DNA from: an uncultured archaeon
Lineage (GTDB): Archaea; Asgardarchaeota; Thorarchaeia; Thorarchaeales; Thorarchaeaceae
Length of the DNA: 64,000 nucleotides
Assembly: GCA_964458565.1 (NCBI GenBank)
Contig: CAYWJO010000001.1
Coordinates: forward strand, 64,001 to 128,000
Direction of reading: 5' to 3'
Positions 38,910 through 48,500 of the stretch are shown here, piece by piece (position 1 is the stretch's first letter; each line of letters starts with the position of its first letter). Position numbers and translations under genes: made by a program. A model generated the notes under the pieces. That model saw only the letters and a program-made list of their open reading frames with translations. It ran no database searches and was not told the DNA's origin.

Positions 38910-39485
38910 TTATGGACCTATTTCTTTTCCAATAGACCACGCTTGACCTAGTTCATTTCCAATTGTCCAATACGTACCATCAGATCCACGCTTAGTGAAT
39001 ATTATTGGATCCATCTTTTTTGGGTCAAGAACTCCTTCGGTTAAATATCGTTCATCTGTGTATATGTGCTTAACCTCGCCAAGTACAATGACATGATCAG
39101 ATAATTCAACATAGTCGTGCACAACGCACTCAAAACAAACTGGGCATTCTGCGATCATGGGAGCTGATTTCAAGAAACCATAGAATATTTCAAAGAGCTT
39201 CGATTTATCCACATCTTTACCAGACACCAATCCACAATAATCAGTGATTGCAACTAAAGAAGTATCTGGAAGATTGATACTGAATGTATTATTTTGACGT
39301 ATCCCTTTCAAGGTATGGTGCTTCTTGTTCAATGAAGCCCCCCATATGTTTGGACTTCGATTCATTCTATTAAACCATACAATATCCATGAAATTAGGAC
39401 GACCATCAACAAGTGCACCAATCAATGCGGTGGGTTTGGGGAAAGGCGCTAGCTCTGGATTTAATTCAATCTTATTCATCTTCAA
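38910..39485 (-). CDS. Flavin reductase family protein (flavoredoxin-like)
   Basis: FSINLP, DYCGLVSG and APMIAECPVCFEC. Confidence 0.88.
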   Translation of the reverse strand: MKMNKIELNPELAPFPKPTALIGALVDGRPNFMDIVWFNRMNRSPNIWGASLNKKHHTLKGIRQNNTFSINLPDTSLVAITDYCGLVSGKDVDKSKLFEIFYGFLKSAPMIAECPVCFECVVHDYVELSDHVIVLGEVKHIYTDERYLTEGVLDPKKMDPIIFTKRGSDGTYWTIGNELGQAWSIGKEIGP

Positions 39486-39649
39486 TCCACCTATTTATCA
39501 TCGAAGAAACTACTTTAGAAGATACATTCGCGCAATCAGCTTCATAATGGACATAATATTTCAGCAACGTCTTTTTAGGGAGGGGAATAGTTATTCTAAA
39601 TCGTAAGGAATTACAATTATGAGTGAGTCCCTGATTTCCTCTAAATTGC

Positions 39650-41122
39650 ATGGTGATGAATATGAATGGATTCAGTATATCGAAATATCATGACACAGCA
39701 AAAATCTACGAGAAAATAGACAGACTGATGCAACTTCCTATTTACAGCATCAACAAATCTGCTATGGAGAAATATATCATTCACTTTGATACGAAATGTA
39801 GTCAATCAAATAAAATCATCACCAAAGCGAAGAAGCGAATCCCTGGAGGCGTTCAACATAATTTAGCATTTAACTATCCATTCCCCATTGTGATTGAGAA
39901 GGCAGATGGCGCATATCTCTGGGATGCTGATGGTAACCAATACATCGACTTTCTACAAGCAGGTGGACCAGTCATGCTTGGGAATAATTATGCACCCGTC
40001 CGCAATAAAGTGATAGAAGTAATCAATGAAGTAGGGCCGGTGACGGGCCTGTTCCATGAATATGAATTGAAGCTCGCTGAAGAAATCAATAGACATATGC
40101 CCTCAGTTGAAATGTTTCGAATGCTAGGAAGTGGTACGGAATCTGTAATGGCTGCAATCAGAGTAGCAAGACTTGCCACTAAAAGAAAGAAAGTAATCAA
40201 GATGGGAGGTGCGTATCACGGATGGAGTGACCAAATGGTCTATGGTCTACATATCCCAAGGACTGGGGGTTTTGAAGCTCATGGGATACCAGGAAGCTGT
40301 AGAAAACATACGCAGGAAGTCTACCCAAACAAGATTGAGGCTTTGAGAAAAAATCTCTCAAGAAACAGAATAAAAGGTGGAACCGCTGCAGTGATTGTTG
40401 AGCCAATTGGACCTGAATCAGGTACGCGACCTGTTGATGAGGATTATAATTCCCAGATAAGAGAACTCTGTGATGAGCGTGATGTGTTGCTCTTATTTGA
40501 TGAAGTGGTGTCTTTTGGTCGAATAGGATTAGCTGGAGCACAGGGTTATTTTGGAGTTAAACCGGATTTGACAATATTCGGAAAAGTCGTTGCGGGAGGA
40601 TATCCAGGAGCAGGAGGTTTGGGAGGAAGGAGAGATTTAATGGAACACCTAGCTGCAGGAATAGAAGGTGGAAAGAAGAGGGCATATGTAGGGGGTACTC
40701 TTTCTGCAAATCCAATGAGTTCTGCAGCAGGATACTACACAATTCAAGAAATAGAGAAAACAAATGCATGTGAAAAAGCTGGAAGAGCTGCAGATCTTCT
40801 AACGAAAGGGCTCAATGAATTCATAGATGAGATGAGCCTCCCATTTGCCGCTTATAATCAGGGGGCAATTTGTCATCTAGAAACCGCAGGTGCGATGTTT
40901 GTCAAACTCAATTATCTCAAGATTAGAGCTGTATTGAGAGAAATCAATGCACGCAAACATGCTATGGAGGAGATAGGAGCAGCCTACATGGCAGAGAGAA
41001 TAGTGACACTTGCAGGGTCGCGTATGTACACTAGCATGGCTGATACTGATGAAGTAATTGAGGATGCACTATCAAGATTTAGAAATGTCTTCGCAAACAT
41101 TGAACCGAAGAGTGAGCTCTAA
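39650..41122 (+). CDS. Class III aminotransferase (GSA-aminomutase-like)
   Basis: SGTE, YHGWSD, FDEV, DLTIFGK (PLP lysine) and GGTLSANP. Confidence 0.88.
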   Translation: MVMNMNGFSISKYHDTAKIYEKIDRLMQLPIYSINKSAMEKYIIHFDTKCSQSNKIITKAKKRIPGGVQHNLAFNYPFPIVIEKADGAYLWDADGNQYIDFLQAGGPVMLGNNYAPVRNKVIEVINEVGPVTGLFHEYELKLAEEINRHMPSVEMFRMLGSGTESVMAAIRVARLATKRKKVIKMGGAYHGWSDQMVYGLHIPRTGGFEAHGIPGSCRKHTQEVYPNKIEALRKNLSRNRIKGGTAAVIVEPIGPESGTRPVDEDYNSQIRELCDERDVLLLFDEVVSFGRIGLAGAQGYFGVKPDLTIFGKVVAGGYPGAGGLGGRRDLMEHLAAGIEGGKKRAYVGGTLSANPMSSAAGYYTIQEIEKTNACEKAGRAADLLTKGLNEFIDEMSLPFAAYNQGAICHLETAGAMFVKLNYLKIRAVLREINARKHAMEEIGAAYMAERIVTLAGSRMYTSMADTDEVIEDALSRFRNVFANIEPKSEL

Positions 41123-41256
41123 TAGTAAGTAGGAAGAATCCTGTATGGAAAGTGTGTTGATTCTAAGTCATTCTGTTCATTTATTGATTTAGCAAATATT
41201 TACAAGAGTGTGTGAGTAATAGTTATTCGTTTTAATGAAAGATGGGTGATTGATGT

Positions 41257-42369
41257 TTGAAGGATTGTCCAAAATGTGGAAGGGCAAATAGCCCAACCCG
41301 AAAATTCTGTGTACGATGCGGAGCATCTCTTTTGAAGCCATTGGAAGAAGAGTCACCAGTTATAGAACCACAGCGTCCGACTCCGGAGGTACGGAAACCT
41401 GATTTAGGTACATCAGAACCTGTTAGTGTATCTACAGATGATAAATGGGCAAGACCAAGTGAGATTGACAAGGACCGAATAAGAACAACCCCTCAAAGGG
41501 AGATAACTGAAACCGAGAAAGCGATGCAGGCGTTTTCCAGAGCAGATCATATCACAACGACTGAAAGTAAATCAGGGATTGTAGAGGAGAGAATGCTTAG
41601 GGCAAGTGAAGTACACGAAATGTTAGAAAAGATGGCCGCAGAACCTGAACCACAAGAACCCGAACCAGAGATAGTTGAACCAATTGTAACATCACCCCCA
41701 GCTGCGGCTGAACCGTATATATCACCTGCTACCACTCCGGATTTAGTGACTGAAGAAAGACATGTACCTGTCATTGATAAACCTAAAATTATTCCAATCA
41801 TTGATGAACCTATAGCAAGTCCAATCATTGAATCCGCACCTGAACCACTCAAACAACAAGCCCCTGCAGCATCAGAATCTGTTATGCCCTCCACCTCTCC
41901 AACAATGGAACCCGTACCAGCATCACCTATTTCAAAACCAGCTGTTGTTTCTGTGGATAAATCCTCATTTGATAAGTCAGTACCAGAAGTTGATGCAATT
42001 TTATCGAAGATTAAGGAACATCTTGCAGATGAAAAAATCAAGGATTATGTGACAAGATTAACACCACTTTATGTTGAATTGAAGCTTGTGAGATCAGAGA
42101 TGGAAACCGTATTATCTCAGCTAGATGAAGAGTTGCGAAATTACCGTAACACAGCTGAAGTAAAGAGAATAACCTACGAGAATTTAGAGGAGCAGATACG
42201 TCTCGCGAAAGAATCGTATGCAGATGCTAAGAAAGAGTTTGAACGCGCTGAAAGCCGAAGAGAAAAGGAATGTTCAACCAGACAGAAACGTATCAAAGAT
42301 ATTGAAAAACGTATAGGCAGAGGGGAAGACGCAATCGAGAAACGTGTTCATGAATTGGAGAAAAGCTAG
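41257..42369 (+). CDS. Zinc ribbon, Pro/Glu-rich linker and coiled-coil protein
   Basis: CPKCG..FCVRCG N-terminus; low-complexity middle; heptad-rich C-terminus. Confidence 0.75.
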   Translation: MKDCPKCGRANSPTRKFCVRCGASLLKPLEEESPVIEPQRPTPEVRKPDLGTSEPVSVSTDDKWARPSEIDKDRIRTTPQREITETEKAMQAFSRADHITTTESKSGIVEERMLRASEVHEMLEKMAAEPEPQEPEPEIVEPIVTSPPAAAEPYISPATTPDLVTEERHVPVIDKPKIIPIIDEPIASPIIESAPEPLKQQAPAASESVMPSTSPTMEPVPASPISKPAVVSVDKSSFDKSVPEVDAILSKIKEHLADEKIKDYVTRLTPLYVELKLVRSEMETVLSQLDEELRNYRNTAEVKRITYENLEEQIRLAKESYADAKKEFERAESRREKECSTRQKRIKDIEKRIGRGEDAIEKRVHELEKS

Positions 42370-42675
42370 CAAAATCAGCTGATCTAATAGATAAGATATA
42401 GATAACAAGACCAATTGAAAACTCGATCTTGTTAAATCCATTTTCAAGTCCCTCTTAATATCTTCAATCAGTAATTGTATCTCTTGCGTCGAAAATTTGA
42501 GTTATATAGAGAGATGAGATGAAACGCATCGAGGCTCACAACGATGAGTAACTAACAAAGACCAAGTCACTCTCCAAGCTTAGAAGAGTCTATGGTCTTT
42601 GGGATTCTTTCTTTAGAACAATCTTAATGCAGGGAGTGAGTATGGTCTATGAGCTTCAACAGGAGTAAGTAGAAG

Positions 42676-43719
42676 ATGTCAACCACAGAACAACCAACAT
42701 ATAGATCGTACTTACTTAGATTAAGGAATCTTGCAAAGATTGCACTTGGGAAGTATGGAATAACTCAAGCTAAATTGAAGTTGAAGACTCCAGGAGGTAA
42801 TGGACTCTACCAGGTCACAATTTCTTCCAATAAATCAAAATCAAATATTCATCCAGGACGATATGCACTCAGATTGCACCAACCAGGATACATGAAGCCA
42901 GAGGCAATCATCTCAGAGATGGACTGGTTGTCATCTTTACGTGAGGCTGAAATAGATGTACCAAATCCTTTCAGAAATCTGAATGGTGAATGGTTGACTC
43001 TAGCAGATGGGGGATACGAGATTCCACAGGCTAGAACATGTACTCTTCTCAGTTGGACTGAAGGAAGACTGCTGATGAAGAATCATAAACCGCATCATAT
43101 GAAATCATTAGGTAGAGTGATGGGTAAGATGCATGAACAGTCCTTAAATTGGAAAAAGCCCAAGGGATTCACTCGGCCACATTGGGACTGGGAGGGTCTC
43201 TTCGGAGATGGGTTTGGTTATGGCGTTCCAGCAAAGGACGCGTGGGAAGCTATTCCACAAAAGTATCAAGGCATATTCAATGATACTTTAAGGCTTGTTC
43301 AGGAAGCCAGCCAAGAGCTAGGCAAGGGCAAAAGTGTGTATGGGTTGATTCATGCAGACCTAGGCGTAGATGGCAATGTAGCATTTCATGCAGGAAAAGC
43401 ACGACCATTTGACTTCGATGACTGTGGTTTTGGCTACTGGATGTTCGATTTGGGCGTAGCTTTGGCACATTACTTAAGTGATTGTGAGGGTAGTTCACCC
43501 AAAATGCTGGATTCATTGATTGAGGGATATCAGGAAACTAGTCCATTACCAGAATCAAACCTAGAGACTCTTGATCTCTTCATAGCTGCACGATATGCTC
43601 AATTGATATACTTCTGGCAGGCAAGCTCACTAGTACATCCTCAGCATCGTGTAGAGGCGATGAGAGAGGTCAATCATTATGGGAAGTATTTGAAGCGCAT
43701 TCTCAAGAAACTATCATGA
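42676..43719 (+). CDS. APH / type II homoserine kinase-like phosphotransferase
   Basis: GLIHADL and FDFDDCGFGYW. Confidence 0.85.
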   Translation: MSTTEQPTYRSYLLRLRNLAKIALGKYGITQAKLKLKTPGGNGLYQVTISSNKSKSNIHPGRYALRLHQPGYMKPEAIISEMDWLSSLREAEIDVPNPFRNLNGEWLTLADGGYEIPQARTCTLLSWTEGRLLMKNHKPHHMKSLGRVMGKMHEQSLNWKKPKGFTRPHWDWEGLFGDGFGYGVPAKDAWEAIPQKYQGIFNDTLRLVQEASQELGKGKSVYGLIHADLGVDGNVAFHAGKARPFDFDDCGFGYWMFDLGVALAHYLSDCEGSSPKMLDSLIEGYQETSPLPESNLETLDLFIAARYAQLIYFWQASSLVHPQHRVEAMREVNHYGKYLKRILKKLS

Positions 43720-43741
43720 TCTCAGATATCGATTTTATGGA

Positions 43742-43933
43742 TTAGTTCTCGCTAAATAACGCATCCGCAATCATATAGAACCCCAAGAAACCGAGTAGTA
43801 ATCCCAGACCACCAAAATTAATCAACAATCCAAGATTCAGTGTCGGAAAACTTCCAAGAATTACAATCCCTATAAAGAGAAATGCTACTAGAATTAGTAC
43901 ACCACCTAATGAAAACTTTATATTTCTTGACAA
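43742..43933 (-). CDS. Small 2-TM protein
   Basis: 63 aa with two hydrophobic helices; co-oriented downstream of the flavoprotein gene. Confidence 0.5.
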   Translation of the reverse strand: MSRNIKFSLGGVLILVAFLFIGIVILGSFPTLNLGLLINFGGLGLLLGFLGFYMIADALFSEN

Positions 43934-43973
43934 TATTCGAAATCCCTACAAACAATATGAACAAATATGTATT

Positions 43974-44693
43974 TTAAGTATTTGAAGAATCATTCTCCTG
44001 GTTTTCTCTTCTTGATGCACTATATTCATTGTGTCTGGATATAAGTTCCATCTTCATCTCATCCGAGTATATCATTTGAAGAGATTCTCGTAATTGAGTG
44101 GGTATGTTCACTCCGCTTGACATGAGAGCACCGACTTCTCGAATCGAATCTAGGAAATCAGAGAGAAATTCTTGTCCATTATCCGAATGTAAAATTTGAG
44201 ATGCAGGTAGTAGAATGAATAATGCACCGGGATATAGCTGCTTTATGATTTCGAAGTTAGACTCATCAGGAAACCCACATGTAGAGACCAATACGAGTTG
44301 TGGTATCTTTCGGAATCTATGAGGGTGCGTTGTTTCCCCCTCATGAACAGCCATTTCGGGCAGACTGAAAGAAAAGGTTCGTTCTAGAAGACGTTGAATG
44401 TAATGAGTCACATTCCGGCCATACACAGGAGTGCCTAGTACAATAATATCCGCGTTTACTATTTGTGGGAGAAGCCAGTCCATGTCATCACGATGAACAC
44501 AGCGTCCGGGTGTTGTCCACCAACAGGTGAAACAGCCCCTACAGCCATTAATATTCAAATCAACAATATGATGCTTATTCACATCTGCCCCCCCATCCTT
44601 TGCACCAGTGATAAACTGGTCCAATAATAGATTCGTCGTGCTCTTCTCTTTTCGCGGGCTACCATTGAAGACAATGACCTTCATTATGACCAA
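43974..44693 (-). CDS. Flavodoxin-fold iron-sulfur flavoprotein / FMN reductase
   Basis: NGSPR, CRGCFTCW..C..DDM and GTPVY. Confidence 0.88.
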   Translation of the reverse strand: MVIMKVIVFNGSPRKEKSTTNLLLDQFITGAKDGGADVNKHHIVDLNINGCRGCFTCWWTTPGRCVHRDDMDWLLPQIVNADIIVLGTPVYGRNVTHYIQRLLERTFSFSLPEMAVHEGETTHPHRFRKIPQLVLVSTCGFPDESNFEIIKQLYPGALFILLPASQILHSDNGQEFLSDFLDSIREVGALMSSGVNIPTQLRESLQMIYSDEMKMELISRHNEYSASRRENQENDSSNT

Positions 44694-44826
44694 GATTGAT
44701 TCATAATCTTCACTTTAAAGTACCTATTTCTGAGCAAAAGCTAGTTTGCGGCACAAACTGCAATGCAGTTCAAAGATTGTCTACTTCTTATATTCATTCA
44801 ATACTAGTTCAAACTCGTGATTTACA

Positions 44827-45462
44827 ATGACAAAATCTGTTATCAAACTAAATAGTCTAACAAGACATATCGATATAACAGTCCTGAGTGGAAGCCTCTT
44901 CTTAATTGGAGGTATCCAATGGTTTCTGGGCATTCTTGCTGCAGAGTCATGGTATGAAGGCTACAGTAGTCGTATCGATTATGTCAGTGAACTTGGAATA
45001 GGACCAACAGCGCTCTTATACAATCTATCTGTTTTCATAATGGGAGTGTTCGTTGTAGCTGGAGCTTTCTTTCTGTATAAGTCTCAAGAGAAACAACTTC
45101 TACCAACTCTGTTGACAATATCCGGAATCGGTGCTATGGGAGTGGGAATATTTCCAGGGTACCTACAACCAATGCACAGCATTTCTACCCTGTTGGCAAT
45201 TCTATTTGGAGCGTTTGCTGCAATTGCATCATACACTCATCAGAAGAAACCTATGTCCATCATTGCGATTGTACTTGGGTCAATGTCTTTGATATTGTCA
45301 CTTGTGTTTATTCCCTACCTAGGTCTTCCAACAGGTTCTACAGAAACTTTTCTTGGAATGGCAAAGGGATCATTGGAACGTTGGGCAATCTACCCCATAC
45401 TTGCTTGGATCATAGGCTTTGGTAGTTATCTTATTGGTTCAGCTGCCAATACTGAACAGTAG
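44827..45462 (+). CDS. DUF998-like membrane protein
   Basis: YS..DYVSELG, GVGIFP..H and G..ER..YP motifs. Confidence 0.75.
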   Translation: MTKSVIKLNSLTRHIDITVLSGSLFLIGGIQWFLGILAAESWYEGYSSRIDYVSELGIGPTALLYNLSVFIMGVFVVAGAFFLYKSQEKQLLPTLLTISGIGAMGVGIFPGYLQPMHSISTLLAILFGAFAAIASYTHQKKPMSIIAIVLGSMSLILSLVFIPYLGLPTGSTETFLGMAKGSLERWAIYPILAWIIGFGSYLIGSAANTEQ

Positions 45463-45480
45463 AATCCATAAACCGATTTT

Positions 45481-45526
45481 AATGAAAAATGAGAGTTAGA
45501 AGGGGAGTCTTGCTGACTCCACCTTC
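45481..45526 (-). terminator. Terminator downstream of actin
   Basis: gaagg-ggagtc/gactcc-a-ccttc hairpin at 45499-45526 followed on the minus strand by a T-rich tract. It lies just after the exon-2 stop, consistent with exon 2 being part of the transcript. Confidence 0.65.
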
Positions 45527-45541
45527 ATAAACTAGTCCTGC

Positions 45542-46711
45542 TTAGATGCACCGGTGTATAACTTCAGGTCCTGCTTCTTCGAACTCTTTCCTTGAGACCC
45601 ACATTTACCAGGCTACAACGGGAATCGCTGCAGCATTCTGGAAGGTCTTCAAGGATGCGAGTATTGAGCCACCAATCCAAACTGAGTACTGTCTCTCAGG
45701 AGGAGCGATGATTCGGACTTCAACATTCTCAGGTACAAGTTCGGTAATCTCCTTATGGAGTCGTTCCTTGAGTCCTGGGAACATGGTTGAACCACCAGAA
45801 AGTACGATGTTTGCGTATAGGTCACGTCGCAAGTCAACGTCACAGTCCTTGATAGCCTCGACAATATGCTCATCGAGTGGCTTGGTGTCAAGTCCAATAG
45901 CACTTGGGTTGAAGAACAACTCAGGTCCTGTGAACCTCTCTGCACCAACTGTGATAACGTCACCATCAGGGAGCATGTATGGCTTGTCTACACCAGCCTT
46001 GTCTGCTACTGTCCTCTCACGCTCAGGGTCGAGGGCTACGTAACAGAGTTTCTCCTTGATATCACGGACGATCTCTTTCTCTGCACCGCTTACGAATGTA
46101 TAACCTCTCTGTCTGAGAAGTCTTCGCAAGTACTCGGTGATGTCACGGCCTGCTAAGTCAATACGCTTGATTGCGTGCGTGATGGCGAAACCTTCGTACA
46201 AAGGTACGATGTGTGTGACTCCGTCACCGCTGTCAACAACCAGACCTGTGGTTCTGCCAGATGCGTACAATGATAGAACTGCCTGTGTTGCTACATATAC
46301 TGCAGGAACACCGAAATTCTCAAACATGACTGATGCCATGCGTTCTCTGTTTTCTCTAGGGTTGAATGGTGCCTCTGTTAGGAGGACTGGGTTCTCACTG
46401 GGATCTACTTTCAAGTCGTTATAGAATGTATAGCTCCAAATCTTCTCAATTGCATCCCAGTCGTCGATTACACCGTGGGTGATTGGGTAAACCAATCGAA
46501 GTACACCACGGAGGTTGATTGCTTCTTCGCCGATGTAATAGTCTCGCGTGTAGTGGTCGACGTCGGTCATGATACTCTCGTATCGTGGGTAACCGATGAG
46601 TGTTGGCCAAACACTTCGAGGCTGATCTTCGCCGGCGTATCCGTTTTTGCTGAGCCCAGTACCGTTATCAATAACGATGGGCTTAGCTCCAAGAAATTCG
46701 TCTTCAGCCAT
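45542..46711 (-). CDS. Actin (Lokiactin-type), two exons: 46711-45636 and 45605-45542; 379 aa after splicing
   Basis: [41 protein letters not shown] and [19 protein letters not shown]; the C-terminus [20 protein letters not shown] lies in frame after a 30-nt insert. Confidence 0.93.
45606..45635 (-). other. 30-nt bulge-helix-bulge (tRNA-type) intron in the actin coding sequence
   Basis: Minus strand: ..UU CCAG AA^U GCUGCAGCG AUUCC CGUUGUAGC CUGG UA^A AUG..; 4-bp central helix CCAG/CUGG, two 3-nt bulges and a 9-bp intron stem. Confidence 0.85.
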
Positions 46712-46819
46712 TTTATTTCGGTCCTCTTTTTATTCAATCAGTTCTTGTGCAAAAGTTGTGCAGCAAGACAATTGCAGCGAGTATGAGAACTCTATGCTAA
46801 GGTACAGTTCCTTCCGTTG

Positions 46820-46828
46820 CTATTTAAG
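46820..46828 (-). promoter_or_regulatory. Putative TATA box of the actin gene
   Basis: cttaaata on the minus strand about 110 nt upstream of the ATG, implying a leader of about 85 nt. Confidence 0.45.
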
Positions 46829-46860
46829 GCTTGTTTGGATTGTATTCGAATTTCTTAGAA

Positions 46861-46989
46861 ATATATAATACCTATGTATGTTTTATATAATAAAACCTAC
46901 CGCAAATGGCACAAAATTAACCTCAGAAGCAATTTTGGAAGGTATATTTTGTGTAATAGTATTTCATGCTATACATAGGAATTATATAT
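46861..46989. repeat. AT-rich nested inverted repeats between actin and the wHTH-CARF-like gene
   Basis: 46861-46879 vs 46971-46989 (18/19 complementary); 46909-46923 vs 46940-46954 (imperfect); palindrome at 46880-46896. Confidence 0.6.
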
Positions 46990-47046
46990 ATATAATATAT
47001 GTATCTTAAGAAATTGATTGAGATGTTTTGGCGAACTACAGATGAA

Positions 47047-47820
47047 ATGATTAGAGAGGAAATCGAATCAGTCCGAGCGAGACGTGTAATACTAGACCAA
47101 TTGGAGGGAGGTCCAAAGACAGGTAGTGAATTACGGGATAGTATAAGGAAGGATATGGCTGCACAAACTGTCAGGACAAAAGGAAAGAAGAAACTTAATC
47201 CTAAAGACTTCAAGGTAACAGATCCAAAACTCTACTTCAATACAAAGCATCTTGAAGGACAGGGGATTATTGCTAGTGCTAAGGTATCACAGCAGCGAAT
47301 ATTCGAGATGAATCCAAAGGCAATACATCCGGTGCGGAGAGTTCTAAACATCACAAGACCTATCGCACTCTTCACCTCACTATCCCGTGCAGAGGAACAG
47401 AGGTATTTTGTCAGATGGTTAGCAACATCAAAAGAGATTCAACCCAAGATGCTCTTTCTGTTTATCGATCCAACGAGTCTTCGAGGGGCATCAAAGAACT
47501 TAGATAGATACGTTCCCGACGGATCCAAGAAGAAGTGGGAGAGTGAGTGGATAGATATTGATGCAGAACAAGCGGGAGAAACTGGAACTGCAGGAGAGGG
47601 AAACATAAAGGGTACTTACCATCAAATAGAGCAAGTTCTTCTAGAAAAAATTGATGATTATACAGTAATCGTGGACCTCACTCAAGGAGTCACTACTATC
47701 CTAGCCGCACTCTCTCTCGTAGCAATTGATTATTCTCTGCAAGCCATTCATGTACTGCGTCCAAGAGGAGATGATGCAGTAGTATCATGGATATATCCGA
47801 GAGGATGGAGTGATAGATGA
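47047..47820 (+). CDS. N-terminal wHTH plus C-terminal CARF-like domain protein
   Basis: RRVILDQLEGGPKTGSEL...LYFNTKHLEGQGII wHTH; VIVDLTQGVTTILAALSLVA resembles the CARF DxTxG motif; start uncertain (46999 possible). Confidence 0.55.
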   Translation: MIREEIESVRARRVILDQLEGGPKTGSELRDSIRKDMAAQTVRTKGKKKLNPKDFKVTDPKLYFNTKHLEGQGIIASAKVSQQRIFEMNPKAIHPVRRVLNITRPIALFTSLSRAEEQRYFVRWLATSKEIQPKMLFLFIDPTSLRGASKNLDRYVPDGSKKKWESEWIDIDAEQAGETGTAGEGNIKGTYHQIEQVLLEKIDDYTVIVDLTQGVTTILAALSLVAIDYSLQAIHVLRPRGDDAVVSWIYPRGWSDR

Positions 47821-48500
47821 GTCAAATCGCAAAGAAACTTGCTCTTGATGAAGTTGACATTGAAGACAATGTGTTCCTACTTACTGATGTTCTTAAACGA
47901 GATTTGAATGCAATCCCAAAAAAGAACTCAAGAACAATAAGACGGGTTAAAAGATGGTTAGAGCAATTGGAGTATATATCAACAGCACTCAAAGGAATAT
48001 CAGATAATCTTAAGCCAAGATTGGAGATGGAACTTGATTGTATCTTTCCAGATAGTGAATTGCTTCACATTGTGATGTTTCAGCCTAGTACCAGAAATCT
48101 CTTCATGGAGTTGCGGATATACTTCCAAAACAACGAAACACTCCCAATTCAAATCGAAGATTTTGAAAATCTGGAAGCAATAAGTGATATGGGGAGTGTT
48201 ATTGCCATGTTGGGGGATGCAGCTATATCGATTGCTATACTCCATCATCTCTGGCGTAATCGGACTTCGGATGCAGGGGAAATCACTCAGAAGAGAGCTA
48301 ATTTGGTCAGCAATGAAAACATGGCTCGATTGTGTGATAGATGGGGACTCTACAAAGCAAGGATACACTTTGATCCACCCACAAAGACAAAATCAGAAAT
48401 GGAGCACATCAAAGGTACATTGTTGGAGGCCATCTATGGAATCATCTACATCAATGAAGGTTTTGAAAAGATTATAAAAACGGTTCAACTCTTGAAGTGA
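47817..48500 (+). CDS. Ribonuclease III-domain protein (no dsRBD)
   Basis: LGDAAI, GEITQKRANLVSNENMA and GTLLEAIYGIIY; ATGA overlap with the upstream gene. Confidence 0.8.
   Translation: MSQIAKKLALDEVDIEDNVFLLTDVLKRDLNAIPKKNSRTIRRVKRWLEQLEYISTALKGISDNLKPRLEMELDCIFPDSELLHIVMFQPSTRNLFMELRIYFQNNETLPIQIEDFENLEAISDMGSVIAMLGDAAISIAILHHLWRNRTSDAGEITQKRANLVSNENMARLCDRWGLYKARIHFDPPTKTKSEMEHIKGTLLEAIYGIIYINEGFEKIIKTVQLLK

Noticed and set aside
42556-42601. Intergenic hairpin caaagacca/tggtctttg as an ncRNA
   Set aside because: A single modest stem with no recognisable family motif; insufficient support.
45605-46711. Actin as a simple truncated gene or pseudogene (as in the ORF track)
   Set aside because: The missing C-terminus is intact and in frame, the insert forms an exact BHB, and a terminator follows exon 2. 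Decay would not be expected to produce this.
45546-46868. Several plus-strand and alternative-frame ORFs over actin
   Set aside because: Antisense or alternative-frame shadows expected from the biased codon usage of a highly expressed gene.
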